Positions 52,484-63,800 of a DNA stretch of 64,000 nt are shown here, piece by piece. Positions within the stretch are counted from its first letter, which is position 1. Every line of letters starts with the position of its first letter. Origin of the DNA: an uncultured virus (IMG/VR IMGVR_UViG_3300008108_000027) (taxonomy: Duplodnaviria; Heunggongvirae; Uroviricota; Caudoviricetes); the IMG/VR virus record IMGVR_UViG_3300008108_000027; one strand, written 5' to 3'. Below the pieces are notes generated by a model, which was given only the letters and a program-made list of their open reading frames with translations, was not told the DNA's origin and ran no database searches. A program made the translations under genes and the position numbers.

Positions 52484-55012
52484 TTATTCGTTTATATCTT
52501 TAATTGTTAATATATCACTTGAATCGTAATATGATAATCTTTTATTTCCACCTTGTCTTTCAAAAATATGACAAGTATATGATTCATATACAGATGGATT
52601 AGGACTTACGCCGGTTATTGTTATTACAATGTCACCATCACCGTCAGAACCACCAATAGCGGAACCTAATATAGTAATTGTGTCTCCAACATTGAAAGAC
52701 GTTCCTGATGAAACAAGTGACATACTTGTAACCTCACCACCAACAGGTGTAAACTGAAAGTCAGAACCAACACCGTTTCCACTATTTATAAATTTAGTAG
52801 GTTCAAAAAGTTCAATAATCTGTGTTGACCATGGATTATCCGTTCTATTAGTTCCTAAAGCAGTATACGTAAATGATGTTATAATACCATAATTAGTTGT
52901 AAAATCAGTCCCACTAACGTCTGTATCAATAACATTCCATTGGAAGTAATCACCAATAGTGTTATTTTGGAAGTAATTACCAACTCTATTATTGTAAAAG
53001 TATTCTCCAATAATATTATTTTGGAAAATATCACCAATGTAGTTTTTCTGTGAGTTAAATCCTCCAAATCCGAAACCTTCATCAATTATATTATTTTGGA
53101 AGAAACTACCAATTTCATTATGTTGGAAATTTTGTGCAATTGTATTTCCTTGAAAAGCAGAACCTATGTTGTTACCAACAAATCCGTCACCGATAATATT
53201 ACTTGTAAATCCATCCTTAATTATATTTGCAAAAACATTACCAAAAAAGTCATTACCTAAGAAAAATGAACCGAAAGAATTATCGGCACAAATCCCACTA
53301 AATTCATTTCCTGAAACACCCCAACCTGTTTTATTGGTGTAAAACTCTTGATATATTATATTACCTTTAAATTCATTGAATATTTGGTTATCGTAGAAAT
53401 GACCATATATTGTGTTATTTTCAAATCGTTCTCCAATGATATTGGTATAAAAATCTGAGTTTATTGTGTTATTATAAAAATCATGATCAATTTGGTTTTT
53501 ATAAATCGATTCGTTAATTGTATTGTTAGAGAATCTAGTACCTATTCTATTTTCATAAAAATCTCTACTAGAAGGATTCAAAATATCACCTAATGTGTTA
53601 TTCTCAAAATATTCACCGATAACATTATCATAAAACACACAATAAAGGTTATTATTGTTAAATCCGTTACCAATTAAATTTCCATTACCTCCCCAATAAA
53701 TTTCATTATTATAAAATCCATTACCAATATCGTTTTTATAAAATTGTTGTTTAATTTTATTATTATTGAACTGACTACCTATTTCGTTATTTTGAAAGTC
53801 TCCTCCACTTATTTCATTATCTCGGAAATCATTCATAATATTATTTCTATAAAAACTATTTTGGACTATATAGTTGTTATAAAAGTTTTCACCAATTCTA
53901 TTATATTGGAAATTTGAGGTAATTCTATTATTAAAAAACTCATTTCCGATAACATTAGCATCAAAGTCATCATCAGTAATGTTGTTAAAGAAATAGTTTC
54001 CAATGTTATTATCATAACAATCATCAAAAAATGTGTTATTATAACAACTATGACCAAATTTATTACCTATAAATCTATTATGAAAAACATTATTAGCTAA
54101 AATAAAGTCATTTTCATTCTCTTGATATAAATTGGCATGATTACCAATATAATTGTTATAATTACCAGTACCGTCAAAAGTATAATACTCTCCAAATAAA
54201 GAAGGGTCATCTACATTGTTTTGATAATAACTACCATATTCGTCCCAAAAGGTACCATACATTTTAGTATTTGGACCTAAAGTTACGGTTGTTAATCCTG
54301 TAATAGCCATTTCGGTATCACTTACAATATTTGTTACTTCAAAAACCCTAAAATCATTATTAACCGATTCAAAACCAATCTTATCGCCCACTATAAGAGT
54401 ACTTAAGAAAATAGTATCAGTACCAAAAACTGTCATTTCTGTTGAAGAAATATCCGCAACACTAACAGTTCCTTGATATGGATTGTTTAGTGAAACTTCA
54501 TAGTATCTATATCTTTTGAATAAAATTGTTCTATGATCGTAATCAGTTCTGTTATTAAACTCATCAATTCTTTCTGTTATTCTACCTTTAGCTGGTGATC
54601 CAGTTCTTTCTGTCACATTAAATGTTATATCATACTTAATACTATCTTTTGGATAAGAAGGTTGATATGCGTTTTCAGATAAAGTTGAATTTGATGTTGC
54701 AAACACAATTATTGAGTCAATATCCGCAACTTTATAGTTATTTCCGACTATGGAATTTTTATTGTAATCATAATCAGGTTGATCATAACAAGTTTGGAAA
54801 TCTGTTATTCTATAATAAGAACCGGCAACAAATGTTGCACCTGTATATTTGTCATATAACTCTGAGTAAGTAATATCCTCAAATGTTAGATTATTAGTTA
54901 TAGATGAAAAATCTATATGATATGTTGACCCACTTAATTCTACCGGAAATAATGTGTCCGAAGTGGGATTTGCTAGATTAGTTAATTGACCGATGGTTTT
55001 TCCTGTTAACAT
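52484..55012 (-). CDS. Putative tail spike/fibre with an Asn-rich beta-helix repeat
   Basis: Many N.IG..F.NN repeats of ~10-11 aa; N-terminus MLTGKTIGQLTNL. Confidence 0.65.
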   Translation of the reverse strand: MLTGKTIGQLTNLANPTSDTLFPVELSGSTYHIDFSSITNNLTFEDITYSELYDKYTGATFVAGSYYRITDFQTCYDQPDYDYNKNSIVGNNYKVADIDSIIVFATSNSTLSENAYQPSYPKDSIKYDITFNVTERTGSPAKGRITERIDEFNNRTDYDHRTILFKRYRYYEVSLNNPYQGTVSVADISSTEMTVFGTDTIFLSTLIVGDKIGFESVNNDFRVFEVTNIVSDTEMAITGLTTVTLGPNTKMYGTFWDEYGSYYQNNVDDPSLFGEYYTFDGTGNYNNYIGNHANLYQENENDFILANNVFHNRFIGNKFGHSCYNNTFFDDCYDNNIGNYFFNNITDDDFDANVIGNEFFNNRITSNFQYNRIGENFYNNYIVQNSFYRNNIMNDFRDNEISGGDFQNNEIGSQFNNNKIKQQFYKNDIGNGFYNNEIYWGGNGNLIGNGFNNNNLYCVFYDNVIGEYFENNTLGDILNPSSRDFYENRIGTRFSNNTINESIYKNQIDHDFYNNTINSDFYTNIIGERFENNTIYGHFYDNQIFNEFKGNIIYQEFYTNKTGWGVSGNEFSGICADNSFGSFFLGNDFFGNVFANIIKDGFTSNIIGDGFVGNNIGSAFQGNTIAQNFQHNEIGSFFQNNIIDEGFGFGGFNSQKNYIGDIFQNNIIGEYFYNNRVGNYFQNNTIGDYFQWNVIDTDVSGTDFTTNYGIITSFTYTALGTNRTDNPWSTQIIELFEPTKFINSGNGVGSDFQFTPVGGEVTSMSLVSSGTSFNVGDTITILGSAIGGSDGDGDIVITITGVSPNPSVYESYTCHIFERQGGNKRLSYYDSSDILTIKDINE

Positions 55013-55048
55013 GATTTTTTCTTTTTAATATAAATATCTTTTTAAATG

Positions 55049-55073
55049 AAAAACCCTCTAATTTAGAGGGTTT
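55049..55073 (-). terminator. Intrinsic terminator
   Basis: aaaccctcta-att-tagagggttt. Confidence 0.7.
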
Positions 55074-55078
55074 GTTTT

Positions 55079-56122
55079 TTATACTGTTTCAGCAACAAAT
55101 TTAAATTTATATGTTTTACTTGGATATGTTGCAGGTATTATAATACCAAAACCATAATATTCATTACTGTACGGGTTAAACACCGCATCAATTGGACCGG
55201 CATATGTTGGACCATTTGGATTAAGACTCAAATCAAGAACTGCACCGAGTGTATTTGAATCACCTATCTGAGTTGGATTATTAACAACAGAAGATCCTGG
55301 AGTTACTCTAGTTGTATATGTGTATGGATACCATTCAATACCAACGAGATCACCACCAATATCAACCCCACCACCTTGAAGACCTGAAGAAGATCCGTTA
55401 GGAGAAACTTTTAATGCTTTATATATACCAACAAATAATCCATACTTACCATCGGCTTCAGTGTCCAATATATTTGTTGTTACCGTTAATTTACTAATTG
55501 ATTGTGGTGTTGAAAAACTGTGCCAATATTGACTATCAGGATATAAAATTAAACTTGTATCAACATTTATACCTGAACCAATACCTATTGATGGTGCTTG
55601 AAAATAATCGTATACACCGAAAGCCTTTGTTTCTGTTCCACCAGTATGACTAATCTCAAAAATTGGATAATCCGCCACATTTGAACTTAATGGTGTTACA
55701 GTTGTTGACCAACCGCCAGGTAATGGATTTTCATAACATACAAAATCATATGATATACCATCGTTAGGTACTCTAAAAAATCCGTCTACTATACCATTAA
55801 TATCACCACCACCATTTGATGGGAATACTCTAATTGATCTATCGGATTTATTAACAACACTAACTCTCTTACCTTTAATTGGTGTTGTGGGTAATTTTAC
55901 TGCAAAATTTTCAGTTGTTGCTGTTGTTATTACATTAATACCGTAAACCAACACCGCGGTTGTACCACTATCAACACCTTGTGGTATCAAATCTGAAACC
56001 TGTTCAACAAATCCTGAATATATCACATGATATGTTTGACCATCAAGTTGTACTGGTATAAGTGAATCTTGTGTGATTCTGTTTAAATTCGTTAATTGAC
56101 CAATTGTTTTTCCTGTTAACAT
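55079..56122 (-). CDS. Putative fibre/appendage protein
   Basis: 347 aa; N-terminus MLTGKTIGQLTNL identical to the adjacent gene; VKLP...G..V.V.N fibre-like motif. Confidence 0.55.
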   Translation of the reverse strand: MLTGKTIGQLTNLNRITQDSLIPVQLDGQTYHVIYSGFVEQVSDLIPQGVDSGTTAVLVYGINVITTATTENFAVKLPTTPIKGKRVSVVNKSDRSIRVFPSNGGGDINGIVDGFFRVPNDGISYDFVCYENPLPGGWSTTVTPLSSNVADYPIFEISHTGGTETKAFGVYDYFQAPSIGIGSGINVDTSLILYPDSQYWHSFSTPQSISKLTVTTNILDTEADGKYGLFVGIYKALKVSPNGSSSGLQGGGVDIGGDLVGIEWYPYTYTTRVTPGSSVVNNPTQIGDSNTLGAVLDLSLNPNGPTYAGPIDAVFNPYSNEYYGFGIIIPATYPSKTYKFKFVAETV

Positions 56123-56149
56123 TTTATTTTTTTTTATTTTTTTATACTT

Positions 56150-57331
56150 TTATTCAATAAATTGAAGATAAAATCCCTCACCGATTGAAATATATTCATT
56201 ATTATCTGTTATTATTGGATCTACTAGAACTTCATCTAATGGTGGACACTGACAATCACCAACATAAGTTATAGTGTAACTTGGGAATAAATCTAAATAA
56301 AAAGTTCCACCTGATATACAACTATTATCAAAAGGTGTATATTCTGTAACACCAGAATTTATGAGATCATTTTTTTGTTGTCCTGTACAACAATCAGTCC
56401 AAAATACATATGTAGAATCTGTAGTTACATCAAATTGAACTGATGTATAACAACCTGAAATCGGTGACAGACACGTACCTGATGTAACTATTGGTAAAGG
56501 ATTTTGTCCCGGACCAGTTAATTCCCACGTAGTAACTAAATCAGGTGTTGCAACATTGTCGCTACTAAAATAATAACTAGTTCCTATATTTTTTATAAAC
56601 CAAAATCCTCCAAATCCTGGCTCCCAAACTATAAAATTATTTTCATTTGAATATGAATTTTTACCATCTACAATTCCCACAAATGTGTATGTACCATTAA
56701 CAATAGATGATCCCGCATCGGACACACAAATTGGTCCAAATGGATCAATTGTAGGCGTTGGCGTTGGTGTTGGTGTATCTGTTGGTGTTGGTGTAGGTGT
56801 ATCTGTTGGCGTTGGTGTTGGGGCATTAATTAAAAAGATTTCTGCAATAGAACCAAGAGGTGCCCCCGATAAAATCGGTTGACCAAATAAAACTTCACCG
56901 GTCAAATTACTATATTCTTCATTTATTGTGACAATTGTTTGTCCTGTTAAGTTTGAGTGATTTATTGTAACACCAGTAGAAATAGTCACCGAACCACCTG
57001 AAAATAAACTTAAAAACATTTCAAAATATAAAGTAACGTTACCACTAACTCTACGATTAGAAATTAAGTTAAATTTACCAATTATTGAACCGGGTAAAAT
57101 TTCTGTTTCTAAACTTAATTCTAATGGTGTTGGATCGGGTACCAATAAAGAATATGTGTGATCATATTCCCCAAAGTACAAATCATATATACCATATGGG
57201 TTTGTGTCATAATAATTAAATGGAACTGTTTTGACACCCAAATTAAACGATCCACCGGAAGTTGGATTAAAAGTAACATTTGTTGTTTTACCACTCAAAT
57301 TATTACTTAATATTCTTGCACCTATTGCCAT
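56150..57331 (-). CDS. Modular virion-associated protein with a PT linker
   Basis: Ig-like module, PTPTD repeats, Cys module, C-terminal IITDNNEYI motif. Confidence 0.6.
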   Translation of the reverse strand: MAIGARILSNNLSGKTTNVTFNPTSGGSFNLGVKTVPFNYYDTNPYGIYDLYFGEYDHTYSLLVPDPTPLELSLETEILPGSIIGKFNLISNRRVSGNVTLYFEMFLSLFSGGSVTISTGVTINHSNLTGQTIVTINEEYSNLTGEVLFGQPILSGAPLGSIAEIFLINAPTPTPTDTPTPTPTDTPTPTPTPTIDPFGPICVSDAGSSIVNGTYTFVGIVDGKNSYSNENNFIVWEPGFGGFWFIKNIGTSYYFSSDNVATPDLVTTWELTGPGQNPLPIVTSGTCLSPISGCYTSVQFDVTTDSTYVFWTDCCTGQQKNDLINSGVTEYTPFDNSCISGGTFYLDLFPSYTITYVGDCQCPPLDEVLVDPIITDNNEYISIGEGFYLQFIE

Positions 57332-57386
57332 TTTTTATTTTATTTATAAATATCTTTAATTTACTATTTATTTTTTCATATTAAAT

Positions 57387-58853
57387 TTATTCCAAAATTT
57401 CGTGATTCAGATCACCGGTTGGTATTATCAAATAAGACAATTCTCCGTTAGGTATAATTGTATATATTGTATCGTTATTTGGGATTATTAAGTGTGTTAA
57501 GTTATTAGGTATTATTAAATAAGACAAATCCCCGTTAGGTAATATATTATAATTTATATCGTTATTTGGAATTATTAGATATGTTAAATCATTTTTTGGT
57601 GCAAATATAAATTCATAATTTATTGTATATTGAGCATTAATTGTATTTGGAACAACATTTAATTGATCATAAGATGCTGTGGCATTTAATAAATTGTAAT
57701 CATCATTCAAATTAACAATCGTACTTCCACTAGTACCATTTTGCTCTATTGATACTGAATTTGTTATTGTTATTGGTGATCCCGATATCACACCAAGATT
57801 ATTAACAAAATTTAATGTTATAGATTCAAATAATGGTTTATCTGACGTTAATATATATTTTGATTTAATAGATCCTGGAGTGAAAATTGCCTTAAGATTT
57901 AAATTAAAATTCGTACCTGAACCAATTAAATTATCATCACATTTAACACCACAAATTTCAAAATCAAACTCATTCAGTCTGGTCATAAAATTATGATAAA
58001 CCTGAACAAAATTTAACGGTTCTTCATAATATTTTATTGTTTTTATATTAAATTCAGAAACACCTTCGTGAATACCCATCATTAATGGTGTACCACCTCC
58101 CCATGATTGTATGAATGGTTGAACACCTCTATTTGAAGGTATTACCTCTTCAAAATCTTTTATTTTTGCAATAGGTCTACCATTTAAATATATTTTTAAA
58201 ATACCCAATCTGTTTTTTCTTTCATTCGCCCATTTTCTGTTTAAAACTTCAGGATACGAATAATCGGGAGTGGCCCCCGTCATAACATCAAGAGGATTGT
58301 TATTTAATGTTCTACCGGTAATTAAATCATTCCAACCACCATCATTTTCTAAATTACAATCTGTTAATCTTTTATATCGGTCAAATGTTATTGTAATATT
58401 AAAATCTTTATTTAGATCTGTAACACATAATGGGTCCGTTTGACCATTTGTAACATAATAAGATTCGGTATACCCACTATTTGTTTGACATATACCCAAA
58501 TAACGAATTGCAGACCATTTTATTCTACCATCATTTGTAAAACCAAAAGATAGGTTATTGTCTGCATAATTTTTAATGTTGTCATCACCCCTAACACCAA
58601 TATAATAAAAAATACTACCTTGTGACCAATTTAAACCCTCTCTATTGAATACAAAGTCAAGGGTCCATCCTTTTTCTGGTCTTCTTTTTATTATACCATC
58701 ACAATTATCGGGACCGGCACCACTATCAATTTTAAACGCCCAAGGTTTTACACCCGTTTTTGGGGCTTGTGAACAACAATTATCAGGATCAGATAATTTT
58801 TCCACACAATCAATAATAGAAACCGAAAATCCCGAAATATTTAATATTGACAT
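57387..58853 (-). CDS. LamG/ConA-like domain protein with C-terminal 10-aa repeats
   Basis: GWTLDFVF, LKIYLNG and I..IKYYEEPL lectin-fold motifs; ~7 DL.Y.IIPN repeats. Confidence 0.55.
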   Translation of the reverse strand: MSILNISGFSVSIIDCVEKLSDPDNCCSQAPKTGVKPWAFKIDSGAGPDNCDGIIKRRPEKGWTLDFVFNREGLNWSQGSIFYYIGVRGDDNIKNYADNNLSFGFTNDGRIKWSAIRYLGICQTNSGYTESYYVTNGQTDPLCVTDLNKDFNITITFDRYKRLTDCNLENDGGWNDLITGRTLNNNPLDVMTGATPDYSYPEVLNRKWANERKNRLGILKIYLNGRPIAKIKDFEEVIPSNRGVQPFIQSWGGGTPLMMGIHEGVSEFNIKTIKYYEEPLNFVQVYHNFMTRLNEFDFEICGVKCDDNLIGSGTNFNLNLKAIFTPGSIKSKYILTSDKPLFESITLNFVNNLGVISGSPITITNSVSIEQNGTSGSTIVNLNDDYNLLNATASYDQLNVVPNTINAQYTINYEFIFAPKNDLTYLIIPNNDINYNILPNGDLSYLIIPNNLTHLIIPNNDTIYTIIPNGELSYLIIPTGDLNHEILE

Positions 58854-58896
58854 TACATTTTTTATATAAATATCAATGAAATAAAAGATTTGATAA

Positions 58897-58928
58897 TAAA
58901 AAACCCCACATAATACATGTGGGGTTTT
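58897..58928. terminator. Intrinsic terminator
   Basis: aaaaccccacat-aatac-atgtggggtttt. Confidence 0.75.
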
Positions 58929-58950
58929 ATTTTTGATTTTTAATCAAATC

Positions 58951-59541
58951 TTATACTGCTAATTTTTTAACATATATTGTTGTTGGGGCACCGTTACTAT
59001 TTGACGGGAATGGTGCATTTATTGATGGATTTATTGAAACTGTATAATATGTTGGTGAAGTAATGTTAACAATTGTATGACCATATATTATTTGATCGTC
59101 CGAAGTCTCTGTACTTGAATAATCTGAAATCATATTACCTACAGTCATTGCACCGTTAGATGTTGTTGAACTATTTAATCTAACACTAACGTCGATACTA
59201 TTGAATAAGTCAAAAATATGTACACTTGAAGTTATTTCATAAAATCCAGGTTCTTTAAAAAATATTCTAGCACCTGTATTACCTGCTTGTGTTGAGTTAA
59301 CTAATTCAAAAATATCGGTATTACTATTAAGAATGGTAGTGTCCCATCTAGGATAGTTTTCAACACCATTTGTTAAGTTAGCATAGTTTGTTGTCCAAGA
59401 AAAAGATGCAACTGCGGAATCTAAAAAAACAGATCTGGTTACTTTAAATGTTTCTGTTTCACCACTATTATTCATCACCACGTATGAACCAGTGGTGTCC
59501 CCTGTAAATAAGGGTAATTGACTTATTTTAACGTTAGCCAT
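58951..59541 (-). CDS. Short fibre protein with a C1q/TNF-like C-terminal domain
   Basis: MANVKISQLP N-terminus; F...G.YEI.SSV...TIYVKKL jelly-roll pattern. Confidence 0.55.
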   Translation of the reverse strand: MANVKISQLPLFTGDTTGSYVVMNNSGETETFKVTRSVFLDSAVASFSWTTNYANLTNGVENYPRWDTTILNSNTDIFELVNSTQAGNTGARIFFKEPGFYEITSSVHIFDLFNSIDVSVRLNSSTTSNGAMTVGNMISDYSSTETSDDQIIYGHTIVNITSPTYYTVSINPSINAPFPSNSNGAPTTIYVKKLAV

Positions 59542-59589
59542 ATTCTTTTTTTATATAAATATCATAGATTTATGTTTTTTCAATTTTTT

Positions 59590-60816
59590 TTAATACAAAC
59601 CTACTTGATAAAATGTTTTACCTGATAAAATTAATTTTTCGGTAGAACTTCTACCTAAAACAATATGTGTTTCGGTAATACCTGTATTTGAATAATTAAC
59701 AGTTTGTCCTGTCCAAGGAGAAATATTTATGGCGTCTACAACATCATCTATTCTATTGGCGTATCCAAAATATGTAACACCACCAATTAGTCCACCAGCA
59801 AATACCAACCCAACAATTTTTCTTGTTCCTGAAATATCAGCAACAAGAGCGGATCCCGAATCACCACCATTTATTGGATATGAACATATACTACCATTCG
59901 GTGTTGTAGTTGCACTCGCAATAAATTGTATACATCTACCAAATTGAACCACAGTGTCGTTCCCCTGCTTAGTATATGCAATATTAATTGTTACAGGATA
60001 TGAATTTGTTAAAAGTTTCATTTCACCTTCACCTTTAGATCCGGTCGTTCTACCCGCACTAAATAAATTGTTTTTATTTGTTAATAATCCGTCAATTTCA
60101 GAAGAAGTTGCAAATTCGAGTGGTTGCGTCCATCCGGTAACACCTTCCATTAAATAAGAAGTACTTATGTTAATATCTGAAGAATTAATGGTTGTTAATG
60201 CAACATCTGCATAGTTTATTGAACCACTTGAAATTGGTTTATATTTTTTTACTTTACCAATTGCATTATTTAAACTTGAATTACCCGATTCATTTGGTTG
60301 TGTAACAAAATCATTAAGTATTGATGTTTTTATTCCACCTAAACTTCTATCTGAATTTAAAAATGCATCGTAAACTAAAACATGATTATTTGATACACCC
60401 ACCAATGAATTTGTCTCGTTGTCAACAGCCAAAAACCCCATCGTCCCAACAAACCCACTTAAATCACTAAAATTTGTTACAGATATACCACATTTTAAAG
60501 GTCTTATTTTATTTCTATTGGATGGAGGTGTTGTTTGCCAATTATAAAAATCAGAAGGACATGTTAATGGTTTTATTTCCAATTCTACCACATCTGTTTT
60601 AAATGTCTCACCAGAATATGTTATGGTATTTGGGATTAAATCTTTTTCATCCACTTGTTCTATCGGTAATTTTTTCGACACACTGAAAATCAATGATTTT
60701 TCTGTTGTTAATAAACCATTTTTTGTTTTATATCCATATCCAACACCAATAACATTATCTGAAGTCTCTTGTTGATATTTTATTGTCAATTCATCCAATA
60801 ATTTCATGTCTTCCAT
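59590..60816 (-). CDS. Trypsin-like serine protease (S1, Nal1-like architecture)
   Basis: Triad motifs SNNHV, ADVAL, GGDSGS; N-terminal GVGYGYK...V.KKLP...TDVVE domain. Confidence 0.8.
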   Translation of the reverse strand: MEDMKLLDELTIKYQQETSDNVIGVGYGYKTKNGLLTTEKSLIFSVSKKLPIEQVDEKDLIPNTITYSGETFKTDVVELEIKPLTCPSDFYNWQTTPPSNRNKIRPLKCGISVTNFSDLSGFVGTMGFLAVDNETNSLVGVSNNHVLVYDAFLNSDRSLGGIKTSILNDFVTQPNESGNSSLNNAIGKVKKYKPISSGSINYADVALTTINSSDINISTSYLMEGVTGWTQPLEFATSSEIDGLLTNKNNLFSAGRTTGSKGEGEMKLLTNSYPVTINIAYTKQGNDTVVQFGRCIQFIASATTTPNGSICSYPINGGDSGSALVADISGTRKIVGLVFAGGLIGGVTYFGYANRIDDVVDAINISPWTGQTVNYSNTGITETHIVLGRSSTEKLILSGKTFYQVGLY

Positions 60817-60819
60817 ATG

Positions 60820-63800
60820 TTATAAATTTGGTATAAAGATAAATAATGTGTTGACTGTTGAATCAATTATTAAAAAATCAGAATTTTCTGTTAATATATT
60901 ATCCGAACCTTCCGTTGATAAATAATCTTCAGGGACACTTGTCGATGTTGGCGTTGGTGTAGGTGTTGGAGTTGGCGTCTCAGTTGGTGTAGGTGTACTA
61001 GTTTCAGTTGGTGTAGGTGTACTAGTTTCTGTTGGTGTAGGTGTACTAGTTTCTGTTGGCGTTTCTGTTGGTGTAGGTGTACTAGTTTCTGTTGGTGTAG
61101 GTGTACTAGTTTCTGTTGGCGTTTCTGTTGGTGTAGGTGTACTAGTTTCTGTTGGCGTTTCTGTTGGTGTAGGTGTACTAGTTTCTGTTGGTGTTGGCGT
61201 CTCCGTAGGAGTTGGCGTTTCTGTTGGCGTAGGTGTACTAGTTTCAGTTGGTGTTGGCGTACTAGTCTCCGTAGGAGTTGGTGTCTCGGTTGGCGTAGGT
61301 GTACTAGTTTCTGTTGGTGTTGGCGTTTCTGTTGGTGTCTCGGTTGGCGTTGGTGTACTAGTTTCAGTTGGTGTTGGTGACGGTGTTGGGTCAGGACACT
61401 CATCCTGTTCTAATGAAATATAATCACTATTCTCAGTTAATACATAAAACCCATCTTCTTTTGTTAATAATTTTTCACAAGTTTCTATTGGTGTTGGTGT
61501 TGGCGTTTCAGTTGGTGTTGGCGTACTAGTCTCCGTAGGAGTTGGTGTCTCGGTTGGTGTTGGTGTTTCTGTTGCAGTTGGCGTAGGTGTTTCTGTTGCG
61601 GTTGGTGTAGGTGTACTAGTTTCTGTTGGTGTTGGCGTTGGTGTACTAGTTTCAGTTGGCGTTGGTGTACTAGTTTCTGTTGGTGTAGGTGTACTAGTTT
61701 CTGTTGGTGTTGGCGTTGGTGTACTAGTTTCTGTTGGTGTTGGCGTTGGTGTACTAGTTTCTGTTGGTGTTGGCGTCTCCGTAGGAGTTGGCGTTTCAGT
61801 TGGCGTTGGTGTACTAGTTTCTGTTGGTGTTGGCGTCTCCGTAGGAGTTGGCGTTTCAGTTGGTGTTGGCGTACTAGTCTCCGTAGGAGTTGGTGTCTCG
61901 GTTGGCGTTGGCGTAATAGTTTCAGTTGGTGTTGGGGACGGTGTTGGGGTCGGTGTTGCTGTAGGTGTAGGAGTAGGTATTGTCACATACACATAGTTAG
62001 TTGAAATTGTGAAACCACTTAAAGTTCCTCCTGTTGTATTAACAGTAATATTTTCAAATTGAGATTCTAGTGTTAGTTCATTATAATTACCATTTGTTAC
62101 GATTTGTGTCGTTCCACTTGTTGTACCACTTGATAATAATAATGTAACATTATTAATTATCGGACTTCCAGTTGTGGTATATAATACCTCATCAAAATTT
62201 AAAGAAATGTCAAAATCATATTGTTGAAATATATATGTATTATAATTACTGATTATTGAACCTTCAGTATGTTCAGATTCAATAATTATTGTACCACAAT
62301 TTCCATCTTCAAATATTATATAATCACCATTTTCAGTTGTTATTAAATTACCATTTTCACCTTCAACTATTATTTCACATAATGGTAATGTAGGTGTTGG
62401 TGTTGGAGTTGGTGTTTCTGTTGGAGTTGGAGTCTCAGTTGGTGTAGGCGTTGGCGTACTAGTTTCAGTTGGTGTAGGCGTTGGCGTACTAGTTTCAGTT
62501 GGTGTAGGCGTTGGTGTTTCTGTTGCAGTTGGCGTTGGCGTACTAGTTTCAGTTGGTGTAGGCGTTGGTGTTTCTGTTGCAGTTGGCGTTGGGGTTGATG
62601 TTGCGGTTGGTGTAGGCGTTGGAATAGGTCCGGGTTCCGCACCAAAAATACCCCATAAAAGATTTGTTCTAAATTCTATACCAGTAAATGTTAATGTTAT
62701 TTGACTATGTGTACCTGGGAATCTTATAACACCATATCCTTCATTTGATGATATTTTTTTATTTATTGGATCAACTATTAGTCCATTAAAACATGTCGGA
62801 TAACATGGATCAAAATTAACAAAATCAACATCGGTAAAGAATGTTTGAGTTTGTGTCGGCGAACCTAAAGACCAAACACCTAATAATGCGTCTGTTATTT
62901 GAGGATTAAATGTAAAGGTTAATTGATTTGGACCCTCAACTAAATAGGTTATACCAGTACTCGGTTGTGTAACATCAGTACATGTTAAACAATCTGTAAA
63001 TTGTGCACTTTCTTTACTTACAATTCCCGATCCACTATAACTCACTGAAACATCATGAGATTGTGTTGTTGTTATAATTTGACCTTCAGTAACACCTGTA
63101 TTTATAAAATATTCCCAAACAATATTTTGAATACTTGGTGTTGGTGGAAGTGTAGGTGTTGGAGGAGTACAATCGTTTATCTCGGTATATATTATACTAC
63201 CATCTTCTGTTGTTATAATGATATCATTTTCACCTGACACAACACCAATACAAGTACCTATATTAGTGGTTATACCACCTTCATCATCAATAACACTTGA
63301 TGCACAGAAATAAACCTGACTATTACCCGAAACTTCAATTGTGATAGGTGAAGAAGTTAAACAATCCAAATATGTTACAAAACTTGAACTTGGGAAAGTG
63401 TTATTTGCTAAATAACAATAACAATTAAGTATAGTAGGTGTTGGCGTTGGTGTAGGTGTACTAGTTTCTGTTGGTGTAGGTGTACTAGTTTCTGTTGGTG
63501 TAGGTGTACTAGTTTCAGTTGGTGTTGGTGTACTAGTTTCTGTTGGTGTAGGTGTACTAGTTTCAGTTGGCGTTGGTGTACTAGTTTCAGTTGGTGTAGG
63601 TGTACTAGTTTCTGTTGGTGTTGGTGTACTAGTTTCAGTTGGCGTTGGGGTTGATGTTGCGGTTGGAGTACTAGTTGCAGTTGGAGTACTAGTTGCAGTT
63701 GGAGTACTAGTTGCAGTTGGAGTACTAGTTGCAGTTGGAGTACTAGTTGCAGTTGGTGTTGGAGTACTAGTTGCAGTTGGTGTTGGAGTACTAGTTGCTG

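Noticed and set aside
52484..55012. Diversity-generating retroelement target (Asn-rich codons)
   Set aside because: No reverse transcriptase and no template/variable repeat pair differing at adenines was seen in the window.
60891..62645. Alternative-frame ORFs rich in Q/K/L/V/H (60891-61403, 62370-62645)
   Set aside because: Shadow frames of the Pro/Thr repeats.
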